From Terrimicrobiaceae bacterium (lineage in GTDB: Bacteria; Verrucomicrobiota; Verrucomicrobiia; Chthoniobacterales; Terrimicrobiaceae), in contig JBGTAT010000289.1 in the NCBI GenBank assembly GCA_041749755.1, positions 1-63,967 on the forward strand: a stretch of 63,967 bases of DNA. The letters are read 5' to 3'. Numbering within the stretch: position 1 is the first letter of the stretch; the number at the start of each line of letters is the position of its first letter. Below are positions 1 to 8,356 of this stretch, in pieces. The position numbers and the translations under genes are program-made. The notes under the pieces are model-generated. The model was not told where the DNA came from. It made no database searches and worked only from the letters and a program-made list of their open reading frames with translations.

Positions 1-1
1 C

Positions 2-601
2 CACCACCGGAGCGCGAGCGCGGCGCGGGTCGGGCGCGAGCGGCGGGCTGCGAACCCGAACCACACCGGCGAGGAGGATTACAACTGGTTCCTCTGCGTT
101 CTCTTCCCGGCCGACCAGCTCCAGATCCTCCCGTATAACCGGGTGGTCAGCGACCTCAACGGCCACTCGCCGGAGGATTTTCTCAGCAAGGTCCGCGAGG
201 TTTTTGAGGTTTCCGACCCGGCCCCGGCCGCACCTGCTGCGGTCGGCCAGGTCAGCATGTTCTTCGGCGGACGGTGGCTCAGGCTCTCCTGGAAGCCCGA
301 CGCCGATGCCGATCCGGCTTCGCGCCTGGATGTGAGCGTCCTCCAGGACCGCCTGCTCGCCCCGGTGCTGGGGATCGATGATCCCCGGACGAGCAAGCGC
401 ATTGATTTTGTGGGCGGAATCCGGGGTACGCAGGAGCTCGAAGACCGGGTTCTGAGCGGAAAGGCGGCGGTCGCGTTTTCTATGTTCCCGGTCACCTGCG
501 ACCAGCTCATGGACATCGCCGATGCCGGGCAAATCATGCCGCCGAAAAGCACCTGGTTCGAACCGAAGCTTCGCTCAGGCCTGTTCATCCATACGTTTTA
601 A
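2..601 (+). CDS. DUF1015 family protein, 5' end cut by window edge
   Basis: The frame of ORF 143..601 stays open back to nt 2 (...EEDYNWFLCVLFPADQLQILPYNRVVSDLNG...). The C-terminal PPKSTWFEPKLRSGL is the typical DUF1015 tail. Confidence 0.8.
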   Translation, partial: HHRSASAARVGRERRAANPNHTGEEDYNWFLCVLFPADQLQILPYNRVVSDLNGHSPEDFLSKVREVFEVSDPAPAAPAAVGQVSMFFGGRWLRLSWKPDADADPASRLDVSVLQDRLLAPVLGIDDPRTSKRIDFVGGIRGTQELEDRVLSGKAAVAFSMFPVTCDQLMDIADAGQIMPPKSTWFEPKLRSGLFIHTF

Positions 602-644
602 CGGGAGCCGCGTGTTCGGCGGATGACACCCGGGAGAGATTGGC

Positions 645-1391
645 TCAGCGCTTTTTGTGGGCCGGCTTCTCCGACGGATGGATGTCGAGCGCCTCGTGGA
701 TCTTGAGTGCGGCGAAGGCATCGTTGGCGGCGTAGCTGAGCTGCTTTGGGGTGAGCTCGGCGGCCGCCCAGTTGCTGGTCGTGATGGATTTTGATTTTGG
801 GAATCCCTTCTTTAGGACCGCCCCCATGGCGGCGCGCACGCCGATCTCGCGGGGGTAGCCGCGCTTGCGAAAAACATGGTCCAGGTCGAGGACCGCGTTT
901 GCCTTCACCCCGAGGCGGTCCCGGATCTGCCCGTGGTCGTTCCTGAGCCCGAACCCGACTTTGAGAACGCGCTCGGATTCCAGGAGGCTGGCGACCACCT
1001 TCGAGCAATCGCGGTGGTGGAGCTGGAAAATGTAGGCTTTGTCGGTAAGAGCGAACTGGACGACGTGCGGGCCGCCGCTTTTTTCGCCCGGCCGGAACGT
1101 CGGCTTCGCCTCGGTATCAAACCCAGCCACCCCGGCCGCCAAAATCTCTTTTTGTGCGGCGGCGCATTCGGCCTTTGTTCTCGGGACATGGATGCGTTCC
1201 GGGGGAAGCCCGGGGAACGGCTCCAGTAGCGCGGTCTCCGCCTTGGTGGGAGCGACCTTGGATTTTCGCGAATGCGTGGGCGGAGGAGGAGTTTTTGCAG
1301 ACTTGGAGAAAAGCCCCGCGACTTTGCGGATGACCCAGGATGTTGCCGAGCGGCGTGCTTTTGGACGGGGGGACGGAGAGGATTTTTTCAT
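645..1391 (-). CDS. 3'-5' exonuclease domain protein (DEDDy, RNase D/WRN-exonuclease-like)
   Basis: Exo motifs GFDTE, LRNDHGQI and YAANDAFAALKI are present. The N-terminal tail is Lys/Arg/Pro-rich. Confidence 0.85.
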   Translation of the reverse strand: MKKSSPSPRPKARRSATSWVIRKVAGLFSKSAKTPPPPTHSRKSKVAPTKAETALLEPFPGLPPERIHVPRTKAECAAAQKEILAAGVAGFDTEAKPTFRPGEKSGGPHVVQFALTDKAYIFQLHHRDCSKVVASLLESERVLKVGFGLRNDHGQIRDRLGVKANAVLDLDHVFRKRGYPREIGVRAAMGAVLKKGFPKSKSITTSNWAAAELTPKQLSYAANDAFAALKIHEALDIHPSEKPAHKKR

Positions 1392-1453
1392 CTTTCTGGG
1401 AATGAGGGTCCCATCATGAGGATCCCCCCGCCAGGAATCAATCCTCGCCTACA

Positions 1454-2092
1454 CTACGTTCCCGGGAGGCTTTTGAGGCGGTCGTCGAGGTGGTCGCGGT
1501 TTGCCATGGTTTTGAGGAGCGGGCCGTGAGCGCCGAACTCGACGACCGACACCGACCCGACCGGGCACGCGAGCCGGTAGCGGAACCGGCCGACATCGAT
1601 GCCGAGGAGCGAGCACATCAGGATCCGGATCGTCGCCTTATGCGAGACGATCAGGACATTCCCCTCCTCATAAACTTTTTGGATCTCCTCGACGACCTGG
1701 AGCGAGCGGTGGGCGATCGAGACCGCCGGCTCGCCGTCGGTGGGCGGGTACCACGCAGGGTCGGCCGTCCACTTCAGGTAGTCATCATGGAATTCCGATT
1801 CGACCTCCTCGACCGTTTTCCCCTCCCACTGGCCGTAGCCGATTTCCTTCAGCCCATCGCGCACCTGCGGGGACATCCCGGTGACGTTGCAGATCGGGTG
1901 GGCGGTTTCGAGCGTCCGCTTCAGCGGGCTCGTAAAGATCGCCTGCCAAGGGGTTTCCCCATAGGCCGTCGCAAAGTTCTGCGCCATCTGGTGGCCATCC
2001 TCGGTCAGGTCGGGATTGAGGGCTGCGCCGCAGAAGGCGTTTGCCCGGCTGAACGAAGTTTGTCCGTGGCGCAGGAGGTAGAGTGTCAGCAT
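1454..2092 (-). CDS. histidine phosphatase family protein (phosphoglycerate-mutase-like)
   Basis: N-terminal LYLLRHGQT (RHG catalytic motif). Start moved to ATG at 2092 (MLTLYLLRHG); the ORF-track start at 2167 would abut the upstream stop. Confidence 0.8.
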   Translation of the reverse strand: MLTLYLLRHGQTSFSRANAFCGAALNPDLTEDGHQMAQNFATAYGETPWQAIFTSPLKRTLETAHPICNVTGMSPQVRDGLKEIGYGQWEGKTVEEVESEFHDDYLKWTADPAWYPPTDGEPAVSIAHRSLQVVEEIQKVYEEGNVLIVSHKATIRILMCSLLGIDVGRFRYRLACPVGSVSVVEFGAHGPLLKTMANRDHLDDRLKSLPGT

Positions 2093-2167
2093 GCGGGTTT
2101 CTATAGTCCACCCGCGAGCTGCCCGCCAGCGATTTCCGCCAGGCATGTCGTGCCCAGGCCTGCGCAA

Positions 2168-3652
2168 TTAGAAAGAATTTGCGGCGGGCAGCATGATCCC
2201 GGGCGGGCTGGTCGGGACCCGGGTAAACCTCGCGCGCAAGGACGCAAGCAGCGGAAGCTTGAGGAAGTAAGGCAGGAATCGCATGTGCGGAGGAGCGACA
2301 CCAAGCTTTCGCAGGGCGGCATAAAACAGGCGCTCAGCGGGCGAGCCGGATTCCTCTCCGCCATGGACGATGGCCGGGCAGCGGACGAGGCTTTGGTGGA
2401 TGCGGTCGAGCACCCAGCGCTCCTTAAGGTGCGGAGAAAAATAGAATGTCGGCCGGGTGAGGTCGCGGTCGGCGGAGAGCTCGCCGCTGCGGACCAACGA
2501 GAGCGCCAGGGGGGTTCCGGGCAGGATCCGAATGCCGGTCATCACGATCGGGAGTATTTTCCGACTGTTCAGGCGGGTCTCGATAAAGGCGAGCGTCTCG
2601 TCCACTGTCTGCTCGGTCTCACCGGGGCCGCCGAGAAGAAAAAACCAGGTGCTCGGGATCCCGGATTGCTTCACGAGAACGGCCGCCCGCTCGACGTCCC
2701 GGAGGCAAAATCCTTTCTGGAGGTTTTTGAGCATCGCATCGTTTCCGGCATCGGCGGAGATGACGATCGAACGGAAGCCGGCCCGCTTCATCAGGGCCAG
2801 GAAATCCGCCGTGAGGCCGGCCGGGTTCACGCCGACGGCGGACAGGTTGACCCTCAGGTTGCGGCGCAGGATCTCCTCGCAAATCTCCTCCGCGTGGCGG
2901 GAAGGCAGGTTGAAGGTGGTGTCGGTAAATTCAAATGTTCGCGGACCCACCTCGGCGTGTACCCGTTCGATCTCATCGACGACGTCGGCGGCCTCGCGGC
3001 AGCGAAATTCCCGCCCCTCCATCGCCGGATAGTTGCAGTAGATGCAGTGCCGCGGGCATCCGCGTTTCGTGTGGATCGCAAACGTACCGCCCACCTTTTC
3101 GTAGTCCGCCCAGCGGACCCAGCCCTCCATCCCCGAGGGACCGAAATTCCTACTCCGTATGGAGTCGTTTAGAAAAACCTTCTCCCCTACCCGGTAACAA
3201 AGTCCCTCGATGGCGGAAACATCCTCGCCGTTCTCGAGGGCATCCAGCAGCTTGGGAAACGCGGCCTCCCCCTCGCCGATGATGGCAAAGTCGCCATCGA
3301 GGCGCTCGAGCGCTGCGGCCTGGATCACCGAAATGGCAGACCCGCCCAGGACGATGACCCGCTCGCCACTTTGGCGGATCCTGCCAATCAGGGCCCCGGC
3401 CTCCCCGAGCTGCCAGGAAAGGTTCTGCGGGATGACCGTGTCGATGTTCCGGACCGAGATCCCAACGACCTCGGGATCAAACCCGTCCAGTGCCGCCTGC
3501 AGGTCGCGATCAGGATCGTGGCTGACCATGAAATCCAGAAACCGGACGTCATGGCCGGCCGCGCGGGCCGCCGTGGCCACGTAGCTCAGGCCGATCGGGG
3601 GCACCGGCTCAATAATCCTGCTTCGGTTCGAGTAAATCAGCAGGACGCGCAT
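2168..3652 (-). CDS. B12-binding domain radical SAM protein
   Basis: N-terminal cobalamin-binding-like region (MRVLLIYSN...GHDVRFLDF) followed by the CPRHCIYC (CxxxCxxC) 4Fe-4S motif. Confidence 0.85.
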   Translation of the reverse strand: MRVLLIYSNRSRIIEPVPPIGLSYVATAARAAGHDVRFLDFMVSHDPDRDLQAALDGFDPEVVGISVRNIDTVIPQNLSWQLGEAGALIGRIRQSGERVIVLGGSAISVIQAAALERLDGDFAIIGEGEAAFPKLLDALENGEDVSAIEGLCYRVGEKVFLNDSIRSRNFGPSGMEGWVRWADYEKVGGTFAIHTKRGCPRHCIYCNYPAMEGREFRCREAADVVDEIERVHAEVGPRTFEFTDTTFNLPSRHAEEICEEILRRNLRVNLSAVGVNPAGLTADFLALMKRAGFRSIVISADAGNDAMLKNLQKGFCLRDVERAAVLVKQSGIPSTWFFLLGGPGETEQTVDETLAFIETRLNSRKILPIVMTGIRILPGTPLALSLVRSGELSADRDLTRPTFYFSPHLKERWVLDRIHQSLVRCPAIVHGGEESGSPAERLFYAALRKLGVAPPHMRFLPYFLKLPLLASLRARFTRVPTSPPGIMLPAANSF

Positions 3653-3709
3653 GTCGGGGCATCATTCCCGACCCCTCCGTGAATGACAAACCGAAATCAA
3701 AAAAGCAAC

Positions 3710-3899
3710 GGGTGACAGGGCGCATCTTCGAAAGTTGCACGTCTGTCAGGCGGAGGACTTCTGGGTTCGGAGTTCCGCCTTTAGGCGGTGCCTTTTGGGC
3801 TGCCCCCTCACTCGCCAGCCGCCTAAAGGCGGAACTCCAAACAAGATTCCTCAAGGCGCAGCACTTTTTGCAACTTTCGGAGATGCGCCCCGGGTGACA
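3710..3899. mobile_element. MITE-like palindromic element, copy A (173-bp core 3718..3890 plus flanking 8-bp direct repeats)
   Basis: TIRs are GGGCGCATCTTCGAAAGTTGCA (3718-3739) and TGCAACTTTCGGAGATGCGCCC (3869-3890), 21/22 complementary. An inner 24-nt inverted pair lies at 3765-3788 and 3819-3842 (23/24). GGGTGACA occurs at 3710-3717 and 3892-3899. Confidence 0.75.
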
Positions 3900-3938
3900 T
3901 GGCTCACCGAATCATTGTAGGTTCGGGACTTGTGTGGC

Positions 3939-5360
3939 TTACGCGCGGTTGATCACGAGGCTTCGCAGCTCGGTCATCTCCTCCATCGCGTAGCGGACGC
4001 CCTCGCGTCCGAACCCGCTGTCTTTGACGCCGCCGTAGGGCATATTTTCCACGCGGAAGGTCGGGACCTGGTTGATCATGACCCCGCCGACCTCGAGCTC
4101 TTCGAATGCGAGCAGCGCCTTGCGCACATCGGTCGTAAACACGCCGGCCTGAAGCCCGTAGGCGGAGTCGTTCACCAGGGCGAGCGCCTCGGCAAACGTC
4201 CCGAAGCTTTGAAGAACCGCCAGCGGAGCGAACGCCTCCTCGCAGAGAGCCGGGCAGGACGCCGGGACATTTTCCAGCAGCACCGGGCCGAGCAGCGAGC
4301 GCTCGCCGACATGCAGGGGGGTCAATAACTCTGCTCCGGCGGCCTGCGCGTCGCGGATCCAGCCCAGAATTTTTTCCCGTTCCTCCGGGTTGATCATCGG
4401 GCCGACAACCGTCCTCCGCTCGGAAGGATCTCCCGCCACAACCTTCTCCCGGACGTGATTCAGGAACGCCTCGCGAAACTCCGCAAGGATCGACTCATGG
4501 ACCAGGATCCGCTGGACGCTGATGCACGACTGCCCGGCATAGCCGTACGCGCCGGAGGCAATTTTTGGAATGGCGGCGCACCAGTCGGAGTCCGGCTCGA
4601 CGACGACGGCAGCGTTCCCGCCGAGTTCGAGGGCGACCTTCATCTTGACCGCCTGGGATTTGAGCCGCCAGCCGACCGCCGCGCTCCCGGTGAAGCTGAC
4701 CATCCGGATCCGGGGGTCGGTAAGAAGCGGGGTGATGTGCTCGTGGCGAAACGGGACCGTGTTGACTTGGCCAGGCGGCATGCCGGCGGCATCCAGAACC
4801 TCCGCCAGAAGCAGGCTCGAAAGCGGGGTTTTCAGCGCCGGCTTGAGGACCATCGTATTTCCGGTCGCCAGGCAGGGGGCGACTTTGTGCGCGACCAGGT
4901 TCAGGGGGAAATTAAACGGCGTGATGCCGAGGATGACGCCGATCGGAAATCGCTTCACCATCCCAAAATGTCCGGCCCCGGGCGCGCTGGCATCCATCGC
5001 CATCCCGTGTCCCTCGTCAGAAAGCGCCAGCGCTGCCGCGAACCGGAAGGTGAGCCTCGCCCGCTCGACCTCCGCCTCCGCGAAGGCCACCGGCTTCCCG
5101 GCCTCCGCCACGATGGTCGAAACAAAATCTGCGCGCCGCTCACCGATCAGGGCGCTGATATTTTCAAGCACGGTTGCCCGCGCATCGGCGGACATCTTTC
5201 TTGTCGTTTGAAAGGCGGCGTGTGCGCTGGCAACCGCATCCTCGACCTGGACTGCATCGGCGACCCCGACATCCGCCAGATGGTCGCCGCTCCATGGGTT
5301 GTGGACCGGGTGGGTGCTCTCCGGGCGCACATGGCCGCCGTTGATATGAAGGGGCTTCAT
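3939..5360 (-). CDS. NAD(P)-dependent aldehyde dehydrogenase family protein
   Basis: ALDH motifs ELGGNA and catalytic-Cys GQSCIS. Start set at ATG 5360 (MKPLHINGG), 1 nt from the upstream gene stop. Confidence 0.9.
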   Translation of the reverse strand: MKPLHINGGHVRPESTHPVHNPWSGDHLADVGVADAVQVEDAVASAHAAFQTTRKMSADARATVLENISALIGERRADFVSTIVAEAGKPVAFAEAEVERARLTFRFAAALALSDEGHGMAMDASAPGAGHFGMVKRFPIGVILGITPFNFPLNLVAHKVAPCLATGNTMVLKPALKTPLSSLLLAEVLDAAGMPPGQVNTVPFRHEHITPLLTDPRIRMVSFTGSAAVGWRLKSQAVKMKVALELGGNAAVVVEPDSDWCAAIPKIASGAYGYAGQSCISVQRILVHESILAEFREAFLNHVREKVVAGDPSERRTVVGPMINPEEREKILGWIRDAQAAGAELLTPLHVGERSLLGPVLLENVPASCPALCEEAFAPLAVLQSFGTFAEALALVNDSAYGLQAGVFTTDVRKALLAFEELEVGGVMINQVPTFRVENMPYGGVKDSGFGREGVRYAMEEMTELRSLVINRA

Positions 5361-5361
5361 C

Positions 5362-6588
5362 TCAGATCCTTTCGATTTCCCGCTTTTCCACAAAGATCGG
5401 GAGCCCCTCGCGGGTGAAGCTGCTCATCAGCTCCTCCGGGTCCAAGGCCTCGGGCATCATCACCCCGCGCTCCGGGATTTTCCCCGTCGCGAGCAGCTTG
5501 GCCGTGATGGCCGGCGGAATCCCGGTCTGCACGAGGGTGAGCGAGTAACCGTACCTTTCATACGTGTCCCGGTGGCTGTCCATCGAGTAAACAAAATATT
5601 CGACCCGCTTGCGGTCCTTTGTCCCGCGGACCTCTGTGCCCACGCAGGAATATCCATCCACCGTGGCGCCGAGCTGGGCCGGCTTCGGCAGGTGGGCGGT
5701 CGCCACCCGCACCGGCGCAACCTCGACCCCGTCGACGCGGACTTTTTTCCAGGTATCCAGGTTCAAAAGCTGCAGCGACTTAGAGATATTCACGACCTTG
5801 TCGGGGACGCTATATTTGAAGACCGAATACCGGACGCCCTTTTCGACAAACGGCGGATAGATCCCGAGGCTGACCCCCTCCTCGTGAGCGACCGCGTAAG
5901 TTTTTTGGAGCCCGATCGGGTCCGGAAACCTGACCCACTCGACCTCGGTCTCCAGCGGCTTCCCGCTCACGACCCGGCCATCCTTGACATAATACGGTGC
6001 CGCCCCGAGCTCCTCAAAAAACGTCTCCGGCGAAAACAGGACAGCGAACCGGTACCCGCGAACCTCCGCGTTGTCGGCATCCAGCACCCGGATGCTCGAG
6101 GCCGTATCCAGCCGGTCGATCGCCCATCGCGCAAAAACATTCACCGCCCCCGGATCCATCCCCATGCAAAGGATCCCCGCGAGCCCGCGGTCGAGGAACG
6201 GCTGGTCGAACTTCTCGATCTCCGCCTCAAACGAGTTTTTGCCCGGTCGCTTCACGCCTGGGGCCGAGTAGATATCTGCCGCCATGTCGAGGTAGTGCGA
6301 ACCGGCGCGCAGGCATGCCTCGAGAACCGAATGGTTCGTCTGGCAGACGCAGGCATTGCACGTCACCGTGACGGCGTGTTTCTTCATCAGGGCCGCGAGC
6401 CCGTCGATGTCCATCGCGTTCGCCTGGACGACAATAAACCTGCTTTTCGGAGTCTTCGCCGCCAGCTGCTGCGCAAAAACCGGGTCGACATCAGCAAGCA
6501 CAATCCGATCAAAACAATCGTATTCGTGCAGCTTCTGCCCAATCACGGAACCAACTCCGCCAATTCCAATTACCATTGCATTTGCCAT
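5362..6588 (-). CDS. saccharopine dehydrogenase family oxidoreductase
   Basis: N-terminal Rossmann VIGIGGVGSVIGQKL and a saccharopine-DH-like C-terminal half. Start set at ATG 6588 (MANAMVIGIGG). Confidence 0.85.
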   Translation of the reverse strand: MANAMVIGIGGVGSVIGQKLHEYDCFDRIVLADVDPVFAQQLAAKTPKSRFIVVQANAMDIDGLAALMKKHAVTVTCNACVCQTNHSVLEACLRAGSHYLDMAADIYSAPGVKRPGKNSFEAEIEKFDQPFLDRGLAGILCMGMDPGAVNVFARWAIDRLDTASSIRVLDADNAEVRGYRFAVLFSPETFFEELGAAPYYVKDGRVVSGKPLETEVEWVRFPDPIGLQKTYAVAHEEGVSLGIYPPFVEKGVRYSVFKYSVPDKVVNISKSLQLLNLDTWKKVRVDGVEVAPVRVATAHLPKPAQLGATVDGYSCVGTEVRGTKDRKRVEYFVYSMDSHRDTYERYGYSLTLVQTGIPPAITAKLLATGKIPERGVMMPEALDPEELMSSFTREGLPIFVEKREIERI

Positions 6589-6663
6589 AATATCGCCCCC
6601 TTCGGGCATCCCCACCCTACCCCATGCCCCTAAAAGCCGCAAGTTTGGCCAGATCCCTTCGAA

Positions 6664-6745
6664 AAAACTGAGGCAAGCAACTTGCCAGAGTCGCTGCGGC
6701 GTCCCGCCGCAGGTCCCCTTCTGAAACTGAGGCAGGATGCCTCAG
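6664..6745. repeat. cluster of three GC-rich short hairpins with duplicated AAACTGAGGCA
   Basis: Hairpins are GGCAAG-caa-CTTGCC (6672-6686), CTGCGGCG-tcc-CGCCGCAG (6694-6712) and CTGAGGCA-gga-TGCCTCAG (6727-6745). The cluster lies just downstream of the blc stop (minus strand). Confidence 0.7.
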
Positions 6746-6766
6746 CGACTTTTTGTCCTCCGGAAA

Positions 6767-7300
6767 CTACTTCGAGGACGGGGCCCTCTGGGGAACCCGA
6801 ACAATGGACCTCGGATCGAATCCCATCCCGGCGAGCTTTGTGAGGGTACCGGCGTAATCGGTTTCGGGGATCGTGGGCTGGCGGCTCATGATCCAGACAA
6901 GCTTGCGCGACGGGTGGCCGATGACGGTCTGCTGGTAGTCAGGGCTGAGGTCGATGACGAGGTACGGGGCCTGGAAGGGCCAGATGAATTGGACCGCCCA
7001 TTCGGCGTTCGATTTGGTGTTAACGACGCGGCCGACGGCCTTCCATTCCTGGCGGGGCGCGTCGAGCGACTTCTTGTGGAAGACGTAGCGGATGTCAATT
7101 TTCCCGTCCTTGCGGGGCTCGTAGATATCCATCGTTCCGACGTTATTTTTTTCGACGACCCACGGGATCGTCCCGACGACGTACCAAGCGCCCATGAAAC
7201 GGTCGAGGTCGACATGTTCGACGGTTTTGAGGGGGATGGATGAGCAGGAGGAGAGCAGTGCGGAGATCACGGCGAGGAGGAGGGTGGTGGCAGGTTTCAT
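6767..7300 (-). CDS. blc: lipocalin family outer-membrane lipoprotein (Blc-like)
   Basis: Signal peptide with lipobox LLSSC. Lipocalin signature FMGAWYVVG. Start set at ATG 7300 (MKPATTLLLAV). Confidence 0.85.
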   Translation of the reverse strand: MKPATTLLLAVISALLSSCSSIPLKTVEHVDLDRFMGAWYVVGTIPWVVEKNNVGTMDIYEPRKDGKIDIRYVFHKKSLDAPRQEWKAVGRVVNTKSNAEWAVQFIWPFQAPYLVIDLSPDYQQTVIGHPSRKLVWIMSRQPTIPETDYAGTLTKLAGMGFDPRSIVRVPQRAPSSK

Positions 7301-7361
7301 AAAGAATGTACGAAGGGATCGCCCGGTTGGGCTGGTAAAATTGTCACCTCCCGGCGGAGGC

Positions 7362-7501
7362 GGGCGCATGCCCGTTTCCTGCAAATCGACAAACATGCTC
7401 CACTGGACCGTGGCATGGGCATCTTGCCCATGCGAAAAACAATCCAGTAAGACATGGGCAGGATGCCCATGCCACGGTTTGCAACTATCGGAGATGCGCC
7501 C
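7362..7501. mobile_element. MITE-like palindromic element, copy B
   Basis: The right end TGCAACTATCGGAGATGCGCCC (7480-7501) matches the copy A and C termini. The left end GGGCGCATGCCCGTTTCCTGCA (7362-7383) is degenerate. An inner 23-nt inverted pair lies at 7410-7432 and 7453-7475 (22/23). Confidence 0.65.
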
Positions 7502-7519
7502 GCTCTGCCGAGGCGGTGG

Positions 7520-8305
7520 TTACTGCTCGTGGTACGGTACCGGTTCGACGGTGAGAGAGCCCTTGAGCTTGGCGCGGTCCGGCGGGCCGATCCGGTTGGG
7601 AAATTTTCCAAGGCGCTTCGGGCCGGACGCCTTGTTGTACGGAATGGCCCCGCGCTGGTAGAGGAATTCCGAGAGCGCGGAGTTGATTTCGCGGGTGGTC
7701 CTGATCGTGTCGAACGTGATGCCGGAGCGGATGCCATCGACGACGTTGAAGAGCGAGGTGAGCGCGCTCGGACCGGAGATGAAGAACGTGGCGACGCCGC
7801 CGATGCCCGGCGAGATATTCGATCCGCCGGTGGTGACGATGCGCAGGAACGGGCGCGGGATCGGGCCGGAGAGGTCGTAGATGATGACCGTGGTATCCAT
7901 GAGGGTGGCGCCGGCTCCGAGGCCGACGACCGAACGCAGAAACCGGCTGCCCTGGTAGACGCGGTCGAAGTTCCCGCGGATGAGCCAATAATTTCCGCGC
8001 GGCAGCGGCGCATTTTCGGCCACCGCGACTGCCGGAGCGACATATTTTGGCAGGCGGAGGACGAGGTTGCGGGTCATGAGCTCCTTGAGGTTGAACTGGA
8101 GGTTTGCGAGGGCGGCGCCCTCGCGGTCCACGCGAACCTCTTTAGGGGAGAATGAGAACGGCGCGACAAAGACCTTATCGGGAAGGCGGGATGGCGGATT
8201 CGGTTCGAGCCGCGCGACATCCTTCACGCTGACCGAGGCGCAGGAGGTAAGGAAGATCGCCCCGAGGGCCATGAGGCGGAGAAATGAGGACTGAAGAGCA
8301 GGCAT
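7520..8305 (-). CDS. lipoprotein of unknown function
   Basis: Signal peptide plus lipobox (AIFLTSC). No catalytic motif recognised; Gly-rich central region (VVGLGAGATL, TTGGSNISPGIGG). Confidence 0.7.
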   Translation of the reverse strand: MPALQSSFLRLMALGAIFLTSCASVSVKDVARLEPNPPSRLPDKVFVAPFSFSPKEVRVDREGAALANLQFNLKELMTRNLVLRLPKYVAPAVAVAENAPLPRGNYWLIRGNFDRVYQGSRFLRSVVGLGAGATLMDTTVIIYDLSGPIPRPFLRIVTTGGSNISPGIGGVATFFISGPSALTSLFNVVDGIRSGITFDTIRTTREINSALSEFLYQRGAIPYNKASGPKRLGKFPNRIGPPDRAKLKGSLTVEPVPYHEQ

Positions 8306-8356
8306 GCGGGGCTTTGTTCTTGATGAGTCTCCGCTTCCTGTCCATTAAAAAGCAAC

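Noticed and set aside
1490-3172. 560-aa plus-strand ORF, with many similar long ORFs antisense to confident genes. Examples: 4455..5417, 5572..6633, 18300..19169, 20425..21375, 25182..26372, 43793..44542, 51726..52565, 60631..61698, 61793..62614 and 63157..63951.
   Set aside because: All lie opposite genes with clear family motifs. They are Arg/Pro/Gly/Ala-rich with no recognisable domains. This is the expected shadow-ORF artefact of high-GC DNA.
3609-3920. Small ORFs 3609..3854 (-), 3679..3897 (+) and 3735..3920 (+). Likewise 7454..8155 (+, starts MGRMPMPRF) and 23088..23354 (+).
   Set aside because: They are initiated in, or composed of, the palindromic repeat elements. Peptides such as PPKGGTPN and LQLSEMRP are repeat translations, not genes.
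3939-6588. ALDH + saccharopine dehydrogenase pair considered as something unusual.
   Set aside because: The adjacent pair fits ordinary lysine/polyamine-type catabolism (saccharopine route plus semialdehyde dehydrogenase). Nothing in the sequence is atypical.
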